A stretch of DNA of 64,000 nt from Promethearchaeati archaeon SRVP18_Atabeyarchaeia-1 (GCA_037308085.1 CP147779.1:1408001-1472000); one strand, 5' to 3'; counted from the first letter of the stretch, positions 18,836 to 28,547 are shown. The notes: generated by a model not told the origin, from the letters alone. A program made the numbers and translations.

Positions 18836-21800
18836 TCACAGACATTTCGAGTAGCCACAGGAACGGCAAAGCACACATCCCTCGATGAACTCCAGCACCT
18901 CTCCACAGTCTGGGCAAACACCCGCGTAACCCTTAACTCCACCAGCCTTGGTGAAAGGCTCCGTCATGCCCGGCGACACATCATTCTTGGGCGGCTCCTT
19001 TCCAAGGTGCCTTGCCAAAGCTTTTCCAATCGCGTCAGGACATGACATTATCGTCCCATCCTGGCTTATCCTCGGAGATGCGCACCTGATGCCACCAAGC
19101 TGCTTAATAACTGAGTCCACGTCAACACCAGAGCGCAGAGCAAGCGAGATCATTCTACTCACCGCCTCAGACTGGGCCGCAGCGCATCCGCCAGCTTTTC
19201 CAATGTGGGTGAAGACCTCACATAGCCCCTTCTCATCCTGGTTTATTGTGACATAGAGGTTACCGCAACCAGTCACCATCTTGTATGTTCTTCCAGAAGT
19301 CACCTGGGGTCTGCTTCTTGGAACCAGCCTCTCTCTTACCTCCCCTTCCACCTTCTTCTCAACTTCCTCTTTCTGCTCCCTCTTCTCTTCCTTCGGTTCC
19401 TTCTGAATACCCACCGTCAAAACCTGTTCCTCCCTGCTCTTGTCCCTATAGACAGTTATTCCCTTGCACCCAAGCTTGTAAGCCAGGAGAAAAGCGCCAC
19501 GAACATCCTCAATAGACGCCGTACTCTTAAAGTTGATCGTTTTGCTCACAGCATTGTTCGTGTACCTCTGAAAAGCGGCTTGGATCCTGATGTGCCATTC
19601 GGGAGAGATATCATGTGCAGTAACAAAGTTCCTCCGAATATGCTCAGGTATTCCTGGCACCCCCTGCACTGAGCCCCTCTCCGCGATCGACTTCATCAAC
19701 TCCTCATCAAAGAAGCCCTCCTGCTTCGCAACACCCTCAAACAGCGGGTTAACCTCAGCCAGCTCAGACCTATCAAGCACATGCCTCACATAGGAAAGGG
19801 CAAAAAGCGGCTCAACGCCGGAGCTACAGCCCCCGACAATTGAGATCGTTCCCGTGGGCGCGATCGTCGTCAGAGTAGCGTTCCTCAACCTAGGACCATT
19901 CGGGTAGAACACGCTCTTATCGAAATTCGGGAAGACACCCCGCTCCCTAGCAAGCCTAACCGACGCGTCGACAGCCGCATCCCGAATATACCTCATAACC
20001 AACTCCGCAATTGCAACCGCCTCACGAGAATCATAAGGTACCCCAAGCATAATCAGCATGTCAGCAAAACCCATCACGCCCAAACCAATCTTCCGGTTAC
20101 CCAAAGTATTCCGCTCAATCTCCTTCACCGGATACCTATTCATATCAATCACATCATCAAGAAAACGAACAGCCACCCGAACAACCCTGCACAGCCTCTC
20201 ATAATCAATAACAGCAGCCCCACTCTTCTCATCAGTCGTCAAAAACCTCGACAAGTTAACAGACCCGAGGTTACAGGATTCGAAGGGCAAGAGCGGCTGC
20301 TCTCCGCAATTTGCCACGATTATTCCGCCGAGTTTCCTATTACCCTTCTTGCTGACATAATCCTTGGTGATCACAGCGAAGTTGTGATGATCATCAACAG
20401 TCAGGTTGTAGACGTCTGCGACACCGTCGTCTTCTACCGACTCGACGACATGGTTTGATTTGTCAACCGAGCTAGTCTTCCAAGATCGATAAGTATTCGA
20501 ACATGAATAAGAACAGCAAACTCGTGGCTTTGATTTGGCGTAATGTAAAGTTCCTCCGCAAACTGGACATTTGGACACAATATGACTACTTTGCCACCTT
20601 CGCTTAGCGGACTCGCTGATCTTCTTCCTTGTGGTAAGACTGCTCATAGCATTAGCCATCATAGCTTTGAAGCGCTCTTTGAATTCATCATTGGAGAATC
20701 TCTTCTTTGTCATGTCGCCAATCAGTTTCTTTGCCTGAGCAGAATGTTGTCTCTCATACATACCATTGGTTTCGCCGTAGTGTATCCCAGAGGCGAGTAA
20801 CTTCTCCTTGACTGAAGGTATTCTATGATATGGGTTGTTAAGACCCTTCATTCTGTCTCCGTGTAATGCACCGTGATGCTCAGCAGTCATCACTTCCAAA
20901 TTGCCCCAACTATTATTCAGAGTATCAAAGTCTCTGTGGTGCACTACCTCACAAGTATCGAGAGGTCTTCCCAAGAGATACTCCGCGATTAGCTTGTGTT
21001 CCCCCCTGTGATAAACTCCCTTGTTCTGATGAACGCTCCAATACTTTCTATTCTTTCCTTTTTCGCGATATTGGATCTTGTAGAAGGGCATAATTCTATC
21101 GCCTGGCTTCAATTCGCCAGCAGTCTTGTAGCTTCCGTTCCTAAGCATGACTCTGTGATGGCTTGTCAGTCTGATCTTGTCGCCGTCAGTAAATACAACT
21201 TTCACTATTCTTGCGTTCCTTCCTGTTCTTCTTGGGTGTCTTGCCATCTTCACTACGACATTATCACCAGACCAAGCGTAGACTGGAACATCGCTCCCAG
21301 CTCTGGCCAAATCGGCGATTTTCACGAAGTCTCTGCCATCAGCAACAGCAACTAGGCTATCTCCTGTGATGCATGGGTTTGTGCTTTCTATTTCGCCTAG
21401 GGCTGGCGTTGGGTTTGCTTCGTTTACGCGGTCGATGAAGATGATGCCTGGCTCTCCGCTCCTCCAGGCCATTTCGGCTATGAGGTCGAATACCTGCCTT
21501 GCGTGGAGTTTCTCGACGGTCATCTTGGTTCTCGGGTTTACCATCTCGTATTCCTGGTCGTTTTCGGCTGCCTCCATGAACTTGTCGGTTACCGCCACCG
21601 ACAGGTTGAAGTTGGTCAGCTCCGCTTGGTTCTCCTTGGCTGCTATGAAGTCCAGTATGTCCGGGTGGTCTACCCGGAGGATCGCCATGCTTGCGCCACG
21701 TCTCGTACCGCCTTGTTTTATGGCTTCGGTTGCGGCGTTGAAGACCTTCATGAAGGATACGGGTCCGCTTGATACTCCCATGGTTGACTTGACGAGGTCG

Positions 21801-23485
21801 TTCTTGGGTCTCAGTCTTGAGAAGGAGAAACCCGTGCCACCACCACTTTTTTGGATTAGCGCGGTCAGTTTGAGCGTCTCGAATATTCCTTCCAGCGAGT
21901 CCTCGACAGGCAGTACGAAACAGGCCGACAACTGCTGCAGTTCCTTGCCGGCGTTCATCAGCGTCGGAGAATTGTGGGTGACGAAGCCTGATGCTATATA
22001 CGTGTTTCCCGAGGGTACGAACAGGTCGCCCGTCTTGGCTTTTATGCGTTCCACCTTTACTATCTTTTCGAAAAGTTGGTTCTTGTGGACGCTGAGGTTT
22101 GTCAGGAAGGAACTGAACTCTGGATACTCTTGGGTATATCTTTCGAGCGTCCTGTACGACACTCTCTTGTTCCAGCATATGTTAGAAGCTACGCGTCGGT
22201 AAAGGGCGAAGTTCCTGCTACTCGACTTGTACCACTTACTGAATCTATGCCATAGATTCGGTATCCTTACGGAGTAATGACCCTTCTGGGGTATGTCAAT
22301 TGCTGTCTTCTTTCTTGATATGAATCCAACGTTCTGCTTCCAAAGGATTACATCTTCATAGTTGGGGATGGTTATTCTGTAACCTTTACTCAGTTTCCCG
22401 AAAGATGATCTGTATTTTCCCTTCGCTTTTGTAGAATTTATGCCCAGGCCTAGAAGAAGAAGCTGCAATTGGCTGGCCAGTTTCTCGGAGCAGGTGAACA
22501 ACTCTATGATTCTTTTCGATCGAGATATAGATGCATCTGCTTCAAACAATCCTCTAAGGAAAGAACACACCATTTCTCGATTTGAATCGAGTATCTTCTG
22601 AGGAACTGAAAGTTCTTCTTTCCCGAATCCGTTTTTGCAAAATGATTGCGCCAAGTTCACTGAACTCAGAGAGAATTCTACGCCACCTTTGGCCTTCGAA
22701 CATGTCGCATTGACCCCAAATTGCTCTTGCGCGATCCTAGTGAAGTGCTCGATTAGATCTAGTGAATCGTTGTCAATAAAGCATCTGATCCTTCTTTGAT
22801 CGACAGCACCATCGCCATAGACGTAACCAGCAAACTCGGCTATATCGCGAGTCAGATAGGACGGAAAGCTGGTCTTGGAAGGTGGTCTCCCACGCACATT
22901 CTTTGCGGCTGAAGCGTCCAATTCCGCGACTTTTGAAGAACGTAGGAAATCTCTCTGCAGTACGAGGTAATCATCCCTTCCAATATCCTTTAGTTGTCTC
23001 CAAGCATATTCTCCATCTGAATCAATTACTCTAAAGAAGTGTTCAGGTGTGGACACTATTGAGTGCCCGCCAACAGTCGTTATCTTCCATGCATCTTTCA
23101 GCCCATTACTGTAGAATTTCTGAATGGAAGAAGTACCATTGTCAGTAGAGACATTCAACGGCAGCTGGTGGTTTCCTATTCGTTCCAATGTCAAGAGCCC
23201 TTCGTCTGTGGGTATGAGTGTATCGACTGCGATGCAATTTGGAATGAATTCTAGTTTGCTCATGGCTTCATAGAACTTGTCTTCGATCTTCTTTGTGTCG
23301 GCTTGTGGGTTGTATTTGGTTTCTGCTTGGGCTACGTTGTGGGCTACTCTTCTGAACATGCCTTCTGGTGTCTCGATTACTTTTCCGGTGTCGTCCTTGC
23401 TTAGGTATCTTTTTTCCAGTACTTTCATGGCGTTCTTGGTTAGTTTGAGTTCGGTTGGCGTGCTGGTTGATTGGTCTTCGGTCAT
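18836..23485 (-). CDS. nrdJ: Class II (B12-dependent) ribonucleotide reductase precursor with two inteins; C-terminal TSCPD-like domain and zinc ribbon
   Basis: PN|SPTLMNAG, LSACFV, GGGTG, QGGTRRGA, STNP|CGEQPL, CNLGS, TTIAPTGTIS, AVSKTIN, KGITVYRD, MSCPDAIG; spliced length 772 aa. Confidence 0.95.
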   Translation of the reverse strand: MTEDQSTSTPTELKLTKNAMKVLEKRYLSKDDTGKVIETPEGMFRRVAHNVAQAETKYNPQADTKKIEDKFYEAMSKLEFIPNCIAVDTLIPTDEGLLTLERIGNHQLPLNVSTDNGTSSIQKFYSNGLKDAWKITTVGGHSIVSTPEHFFRVIDSDGEYAWRQLKDIGRDDYLVLQRDFLRSSKVAELDASAAKNVRGRPPSKTSFPSYLTRDIAEFAGYVYGDGAVDQRRIRCFIDNDSLDLIEHFTRIAQEQFGVNATCSKAKGGVEFSLSSVNLAQSFCKNGFGKEELSVPQKILDSNREMVCSFLRGLFEADASISRSKRIIELFTCSEKLASQLQLLLLGLGINSTKAKGKYRSSFGKLSKGYRITIPNYEDVILWKQNVGFISRKKTAIDIPQKGHYSVRIPNLWHRFSKWYKSSSRNFALYRRVASNICWNKRVSYRTLERYTQEYPEFSSFLTNLSVHKNQLFEKIVKVERIKAKTGDLFVPSGNTYIASGFVTHNSPTLMNAGKELQQLSACFVLPVEDSLEGIFETLKLTALIQKSGGGTGFSFSRLRPKNDLVKSTMGVSSGPVSFMKVFNAATEAIKQGGTRRGASMAILRVDHPDILDFIAAKENQAELTNFNLSVAVTDKFMEAAENDQEYEMVNPRTKMTVEKLHARQVFDLIAEMAWRSGEPGIIFIDRVNEANPTPALGEIESTNPCITGDSLVAVADGRDFVKIADLARAGSDVPVYAWSGDNVVVKMARHPRRTGRNARIVKVVFTDGDKIRLTSHHRVMLRNGSYKTAGELKPGDRIMPFYKIQYREKGKNRKYWSVHQNKGVYHRGEHKLIAEYLLGRPLDTCEVVHHRDFDTLNNSWGNLEVMTAEHHGALHGDRMKGLNNPYHRIPSVKEKLLASGIHYGETNGMYERQHSAQAKKLIGDMTKKRFSNDEFKERFKAMMANAMSSLTTRKKISESAKRRWQSSHIVSKCPVCGGTLHYAKSKPRVCCSYSCSNTYRSWKTSSVDKSNHVVESVEDDGVADVYNLTVDDHHNFAVITKDYVSKKGNRKLGGIIVANCGEQPLLPFESCNLGSVNLSRFLTTDEKSGAAVIDYERLCRVVRVAVRFLDDVIDMNRYPVKEIERNTLGNRKIGLGVMGFADMLIMLGVPYDSREAVAIAELVMRYIRDAAVDASVRLARERGVFPNFDKSVFYPNGPRLRNATLTTIAPTGTISIVGGCSSGVEPLFALSYVRHVLDRSELAEVNPLFEGVAKQEGFFDEELMKSIAERGSVQGVPGIPEHIRRNFVTAHDISPEWHIRIQAAFQRYTNNAVSKTINFKSTASIEDVRGAFLLAYKLGCKGITVYRDKSREEQVLTVGIQKEPKEEKREQKEEVEKKVEGEVRERLVPRSRPQVTSGRTYKMVTGCGNLYVTINQDEKGLCEVFTHIGKAGGCAAAQSEAVSRMISLALRSGVDVDSVIKQLGGIRCASPRISQDGTIMSCPDAIGKALARHLGKEPPKNDVSPGMTEPFTKAGGVKGYAGVCPDCGEVLEFIEGCVLCRSCGYSKCL
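20309..21373 (-). mobile_element. Intein 2 (355 aa) with HNH endonuclease, inserted immediately before the catalytic Cys of the NPCGEQ motif
   Basis: Starts CITGDSLV, block B LTSHHRV, HNH core VHHRDFDTLNN...NL...HH..LH, block F VYNLTVDDHHNF, ends GIIVAN followed by Cys (+1). Confidence 0.92.
21971..23236 (-). mobile_element. Intein 1 (422 aa) with LAGLIDADG homing endonuclease
   Basis: Starts CIAVDTLI, block B STPEHFF, LAGLIDADG-like FAGYVYGDG and FLRGLFEADA, ends GFVTHN followed by Ser (+1). Confidence 0.93.
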
Positions 23486-23704
23486 TTGTTTTGGCCCCCT
23501 CTTACAGGTTACTCATGGGTGTGGGAGGTCGGAATATGATCTTGTTCTTCTCTGGGAGATACTGATATTGTGGTGCATGGATAAGAAGATTTTTCTCATC
23601 TCCCAAGAAGTGTGTTGCTTCGTTCCGACAAATAAATTCATAAGTCTCCTCAATGCTCTCATTTGCATCAAGTAAATAGATAGACGTGGATAAAGAGGAG
23701 AGGT

Positions 23705-24313
23705 TTGCTGTTGAAGATAACTTGGTTGAGCCATTCCTGCTTTGAGTTCAAGTTGCCGAGTAAGACGATATTGGTTGACCCGTTCTTTTCGGGCAATAGC
23801 CTTGCGCCATCGTATAATGGGAAGCCAGACTTGGTTTTCGTTACTCACAGTCACTTTGACCATGCTGATGCTAAGAAGTTCGATTGCACCGTCGTCTGTC
23901 CCTCGACCTGCAAGTTCAAGAAGACTCTGATCATGAAGGTTGGGGACAAGAGGAATGTTGAGGGAGTCGACGTTGAGATGATTTCGGCGAGCCACCACCA
24001 AGATTCTTATCCAACTGGCTACATTTTTGAGCTGGAGGGTAAGAGGATTGCCCACTTGGGGGATACCTATATTGATGGCGTCAAGAAGTTGCCCAATATT
24101 GATCTTCTGCTGCTCCCTATCGGTGGATTCTTCACTATGACCATTGACGAAGCTGTGAAGGCTTTGGAGATTATCTCTCCGAAGCTCGCGATACCGATGC
24201 ATTACAACACGTTGCCCCAGATCAAGGCCGATCCCAGCGACTTCAAACAGAAGGCAGAAAAGAAGGGATTCAAAGTCAGGGTTCTCAAAATAGGCGAGAC
24301 GATAGAATACTGA
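23705..24313 (+). CDS. Metallo-beta-lactamase-fold hydrolase (UPF0173-like)
   Basis: WLSHSCF, VDPF, THSHFDH, HLGDT, LPIGGFFTM, PMHYNT. Confidence 0.9.
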   Translation: MLLKITWLSHSCFEFKLPSKTILVDPFFSGNSLAPSYNGKPDLVFVTHSHFDHADAKKFDCTVVCPSTCKFKKTLIMKVGDKRNVEGVDVEMISASHHQDSYPTGYIFELEGKRIAHLGDTYIDGVKKLPNIDLLLLPIGGFFTMTIDEAVKALEIISPKLAIPMHYNTLPQIKADPSDFKQKAEKKGFKVRVLKIGETIEY

Positions 24314-24346
24314 AAAAGGGTGATGTGGGGGTCCGGTGGAGTCTCG

Positions 24347-25690
24347 CTAGAAAGTCTCAAGGTATCTTGCTCGTTCCCATTCGGTTATCGTCATTGGATC
24401 CCATGTGGGGTATTCCCTGCAGTACTCGTTCCATTCCTTTTTCTTTGCTTCGATGTACCTCCCAGCAGCTTCGTGACCAAGTACATTGAGGATGAGTGGA
24501 TCGTGTTCCATCTCTGTGATGGCTTCGCCTAGGGTTCCTGGTATGTGGTCGTATTTGCCTATTTGCTCGAATGTGTTCTCGGTGCAGGGTTCGCCTGCCT
24601 CGATTCCCTCTTCTATTCCTTGGAGTCCTGCTGTGAGTATGCATGCTTTGACCAGGTATGGGTTGCATTTTGGGTCAGGCATTCTGACTTCTACCCGGGC
24701 GGCCTTCCTGCTGTTGAAGTAGGGCACTCGTACCAGAGCAGACCTGTTGATGAACCCCCATGCTAGGTACACGGGTGCCTCGTATCCCGGTACAAGTCTC
24801 TTGTAAGAGTTCACGGTTGGTGCTGCGAGTGCAGCCATCCCCTTTGCATGCGTGAGTACGCCGGCTATGAATTGCCTTGCAGTTTTTGACAGCCTTTCCT
24901 TGTCGTCGTAGAAGATGTTCGTCCCGTCCTTTGCTCCTCTGAGGGACATGTGCATGTGCATGCCTGAGCCGTTGATTCCGACGAAGGGTTTGGGCATGTA
25001 GGTGACCTTAATCCCTTGGTGGGCGACGATGTTGCTTGCGACATACCTGAACGTCATGACGTTATCAGCGGTCGTCAATGCATCATTATAGCGGAGGGAG
25101 ATCTCGTATTGGCCAGTGGCAACTTCATGGTGGAGGTACTCCCCCTGTAATCCAAGTTTGCTCATGGCCTCTAGGATGTCTCTTCTCAGGTGCGCACCGC
25201 CGTCGATTGGGGGAGGGGAGAAGTAGCCTACTTGGTCCAGGGGCTTGCCGTCGCGCAGCATGAAGAACTCCATCTCGGCGCTCGTGAGATAGTCGTAACC
25301 CGTTTCCTTGGCTTTGGCGACAGCCTTCTTCAGGATGTACCTTGGGCTTGTCTCCAGCTCCTTTTCGGCCCTGAACCCCTCGACCGTGTCGCTGGGGTTG
25401 TAGATGTCGCATAGCGCTCGCCCGGCTTCAGTCGAGTTCCATGGTACGTTGAAGTAGCTCTCCATCAATGGTTTGAGAAGTATGTCGCTCCTCTCTATCG
25501 GGGCAAGTCCAACAGATGAGCCGTCGACACCTTTTCCTATCTCAAGGGCTTCCTTGAATCGCGAGAACTCAAGATCGATTGACTTTAGCTCGCCCAGAAG
25601 TGTGGTGAATTGCAGCTCAACAATAAGCGGATTCTTACCTGAATTCGAAAACTTCTTCATAATCTGCTCCCCGATGGGTAAATTCATCAA
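24347..25690 (-). CDS. glnA: Glutamine synthetase type I
   Basis: DGSS, EMEFF, HHEVATGQYEI, MPKPFVGINGSGMH, NSYKRLVPGYEAP, NRSALVRVP, RVEVRMPDP..NPYL. Confidence 0.9.
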   Translation of the reverse strand: MMNLPIGEQIMKKFSNSGKNPLIVELQFTTLLGELKSIDLEFSRFKEALEIGKGVDGSSVGLAPIERSDILLKPLMESYFNVPWNSTEAGRALCDIYNPSDTVEGFRAEKELETSPRYILKKAVAKAKETGYDYLTSAEMEFFMLRDGKPLDQVGYFSPPPIDGGAHLRRDILEAMSKLGLQGEYLHHEVATGQYEISLRYNDALTTADNVMTFRYVASNIVAHQGIKVTYMPKPFVGINGSGMHMHMSLRGAKDGTNIFYDDKERLSKTARQFIAGVLTHAKGMAALAAPTVNSYKRLVPGYEAPVYLAWGFINRSALVRVPYFNSRKAARVEVRMPDPKCNPYLVKACILTAGLQGIEEGIEAGEPCTENTFEQIGKYDHIPGTLGEAITEMEHDPLILNVLGHEAAGRYIEAKKKEWNEYCREYPTWDPMTITEWERARYLETF

Positions 25691-25914
25691 CGCACTAAAT
25701 CATGCGCTATACAGATATATACCTTATCGCATGATATGTATACAAAATAGAGGAAAGAGACTTAAAAAGCGGACAAATGTATGGCGCAACTCCTCTCTGG
25801 TAGGTAGGGACTCTACAGATGTACATCACATTCTATTATCGCATTCCAATCCTTCAATGCGAGGCGGCCGGAGCGGTAGTTGCCGGTACGTTGTCTTGAA
25901 AGGAGGGTTTAGAC

Positions 25915-26535
25915 ACGGGGAAGAAACTTGGGAGGGAAGTTGGGGAGATTCATGAGCTTGGACTCAAGAGGACCAAAGAAGATTCCAAGAGGGAGATCGG
26001 GGCAGGGAATGAGACCTCAGAGAGGACAATCGACCTCGACGAGATAGACAGTAAGATCGTATCAGCGTATCTGAGGGACTCTCGCCTTGCCAGTAGAGAA
26101 GTTGCAAAAGCTGCAGGGGTATCGGCTGCTACCGTCATCGCAAGAACTCGCCGCTTGGAAGATCAAGGAGTCATCAAAGGCTATTCAGCAATCATCGATC
26201 ACGAGAGAATAGGCTATCAGTTAACAGTAGTGACCGAGGTCACAGCCTCGCAAGGAAAACTCGTGGAAATAGAGAAGGAGGCCGCTCGCCTGCCCAACGT
26301 ATGCGCCGTATATGACGTCACTGGAGCAACAGACTTCATGATAGTTGCCAAGTTCAGAAATAGACAGGAACTCAGTGGCTTCACAAAGAGGCTGCTTTCA
26401 ATGCCCTATGTGGAAAGAACCAATACCCATGTGGTTCTGACAACGGTGAAGGAGGACTTCAGGTTTCCACTTCTTCAAGGAAGACAGTCTACCGCTTATC
26501 CCGTTCAATCGATATTAAGCGAAACCAGAGCCTGA
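25915..26535 (+). CDS. Lrp/AsnC family transcriptional regulator (start uncertain; ACG at 25915 proposed)
   Basis: Frame of ORF 26155-26535 is open back to 25900 and contains the HTH LDEIDSKIVSAYLRDSRLASREVAKAAGVSAATVIARTRRLEDQGVIKGY; RAM domain VYDVTGATDF follows. Confidence 0.85.
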   Translation, partial: TGKKLGREVGEIHELGLKRTKEDSKREIGAGNETSERTIDLDEIDSKIVSAYLRDSRLASREVAKAAGVSAATVIARTRRLEDQGVIKGYSAIIDHERIGYQLTVVTEVTASQGKLVEIEKEAARLPNVCAVYDVTGATDFMIVAKFRNRQELSGFTKRLLSMPYVERTNTHVVLTTVKEDFRFPLLQGRQSTAYPVQSILSETRA

Positions 26536-26672
26536 CGCTCAGATGCCTTGTGAAACCTGATAGTGGGCGGCGGCAAGAAAGGCAATCGATATAACTGGGA
26601 AACTCCCAACATTCCCAGTTGATGATGTAGCTAGAAATCAAGAGTCGCAAAGGATTTCAAGGGTGAAATCGC

Positions 26673-28547
26673 TTGAGAAGTAGAACCTTCACAATAGCCT
26701 TCACAGCATTGTTCCTAGTTGCCGCAGCTGGAGGCTCCATGGTTCTGATATTAAACGGCTATCAGTCGTACTACAACTACACTAATCCGTACTCCTATGT
26801 TCCCTCGCGCCCTGCTTCTTCAATAGCTGGCATGGGCATGACCCCGATCGCCAACCACACGATCATATTTCTCCTGGATGGCGTGAGAGCGGATACTTTC
26901 TACAACACAAACAAGCCCATCATCGATGGGTACCACGATTGGGCGAACTGGACAGATGTCCAATGCTCAACACTGCTCAGCGTGAGTAAGACTGGTTACT
27001 GCGTGATCACATCAGGATGCAATTCGTCCGAAAGTGCAGTCATCACCAATGACTATGCTGGGCTCTTCAAAGGCGACAGTCTCTGGAATGTCACTACCCG
27101 GCACTCTGGCACCACCGCCGTAGTGGGCAGCAGCTGGTGGTATGATCTGTTCAACCCGTACCTAAACTACTCCGTCGTGTTCACGGAATCGTCGCCCGGC
27201 AAGCCAACAGTAGCGGTGAACGTGACCAACAAGGGACCTCCAATCCAGACGCCGCTGCCCGACTATAGGGATTTCCTGGTCTCACAGTACGCGCAGTCGA
27301 TCGTTGCGAGATATGAGCCCACATTTATGGTTGTCCACTTTTCCGATACCGATGAAGCTGCGCATGCAAACGGTTCGCTGAGCGAGTCCTATGTGAATGC
27401 CCTGAGAAGCGAAGACGCTTACATCGGGCAAGTGCTGAGCAAATACCAGGCCGCAGGAATACTGGCTTCGACCTTGGTCATAGTATTGGCAGACCACGGA
27501 CACGTGGACATAGGAGGGCACGGTGGGATTGAACCAGAAGTACTTCACATCCCCCTTTTACTCAGGGGACCTGGCGTTATCCCAGGGACGTATGCGGTGC
27601 ATCAGCATCAGAACACCGTAGCCCCGACGGTCTCAGCCCTGATGGGGTGGGAAGTTCCCTCAGACGCCTCAGGCACAGTCCTTTTCGGATGCCTGAACCT
27701 TACAACAGCTCAAGCGGCGATATACAGGATTAACCTTGCCTCAATACGCCTTGCTCAAGCACAGAGCCAACTTTCGAAGATGGGGTATTTGACGGGTCAC
27801 CAACCCCAAGTCGCCATCGCGAGCAAGTATCTTGACAACGCCAAGGGCAACTTTACGGCAGCCAACTACGCGGCGGCAACGAGCAACGCTATCGCGTCTG
27901 AGACTGTCTCAAGGTTTGAGCTCGCGTCATCATGGGCTTCAAAGGAAACCGAAGAGATCACGGGAAGGCTGCTTGTTTTCGTCGTTGCCATCTTTGCTGT
28001 AGCTGTTGTGTTATCTTACCTGTTACACCGGTACCGTGGCAAGATAAGCAGCGCACTTGTACGTGAAAGAGATTTCCTTGGTGTGGCGGTGGCTTCAGTG
28101 ATCTTCTACTTCGCTTTTCTAGCGATTACAACTATGTTTACTGGGATCAAATTCTCGGCCAGCTTCTTCCCAGACTCCGCTATCGCGTTTATCTTGGCCG
28201 TATTCATACCGAATGCGCTGGCATTGATCCCTGCAGGAATCCTATTTGTCGGGCTCTTCTCGTACGTGAGTCGCAAGTCAAAGACGACGGATGCCACTTC
28301 GGTCACATACGCATCTCTGTTCTTGGTCATGACGACCGTGGTCTATGTGTCAATGGTTGCGGCAGTGGTTGTCGTGAACACTTCAGGTGTTCCTTGGTAC
28401 GCTTCTGATGTAGTTCTATGCTTGGAGTTCTTCTACCTCGTCATATCTAGCATAGCGTTTGCGATATTCGGCGTCGTCTCATTCATGGTTGGTGTGGCGT
28501 TGAGGAGGATGCTGGGCTTCGGTAAAAACGCTCGGAAGGGAAGTTGA
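26673..28547 (+). CDS. Alkaline-phosphatase-superfamily membrane enzyme with PIG-N/O/G-like layout
   Basis: N-terminal TM; LLDGVRAD, HFSDTDEAAH, ADHGHVDIGGHGG, QNTVAPTVSALMG; about 5 C-terminal TM. Confidence 0.8.
   Translation: MRSRTFTIAFTALFLVAAAGGSMVLILNGYQSYYNYTNPYSYVPSRPASSIAGMGMTPIANHTIIFLLDGVRADTFYNTNKPIIDGYHDWANWTDVQCSTLLSVSKTGYCVITSGCNSSESAVITNDYAGLFKGDSLWNVTTRHSGTTAVVGSSWWYDLFNPYLNYSVVFTESSPGKPTVAVNVTNKGPPIQTPLPDYRDFLVSQYAQSIVARYEPTFMVVHFSDTDEAAHANGSLSESYVNALRSEDAYIGQVLSKYQAAGILASTLVIVLADHGHVDIGGHGGIEPEVLHIPLLLRGPGVIPGTYAVHQHQNTVAPTVSALMGWEVPSDASGTVLFGCLNLTTAQAAIYRINLASIRLAQAQSQLSKMGYLTGHQPQVAIASKYLDNAKGNFTAANYAAATSNAIASETVSRFELASSWASKETEEITGRLLVFVVAIFAVAVVLSYLLHRYRGKISSALVRERDFLGVAVASVIFYFAFLAITTMFTGIKFSASFFPDSAIAFILAVFIPNALALIPAGILFVGLFSYVSRKSKTTDATSVTYASLFLVMTTVVYVSMVAAVVVVNTSGVPWYASDVVLCLEFFYLVISSIAFAIFGVVSFMVGVALRRMLGFGKNARKGS

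Noticed and set aside
21357-22202. Long alternative-frame and antisense ORFs within nrdJ, also 23513-24202 and 60359-60994
   Set aside because: Shadows of well-supported genes caused by codon bias.
23558-23574. NrdR-box-like sequence upstream of nrdJ
   Set aside because: One base short of consensus spacing, single copy, and no nrdR in view.
25632-25640. 9-nt match (TTCTTACCT) of the predicted guide within glnA
   Set aside because: Too short and not preceded by the predicted TCAC TAM; expected by chance.
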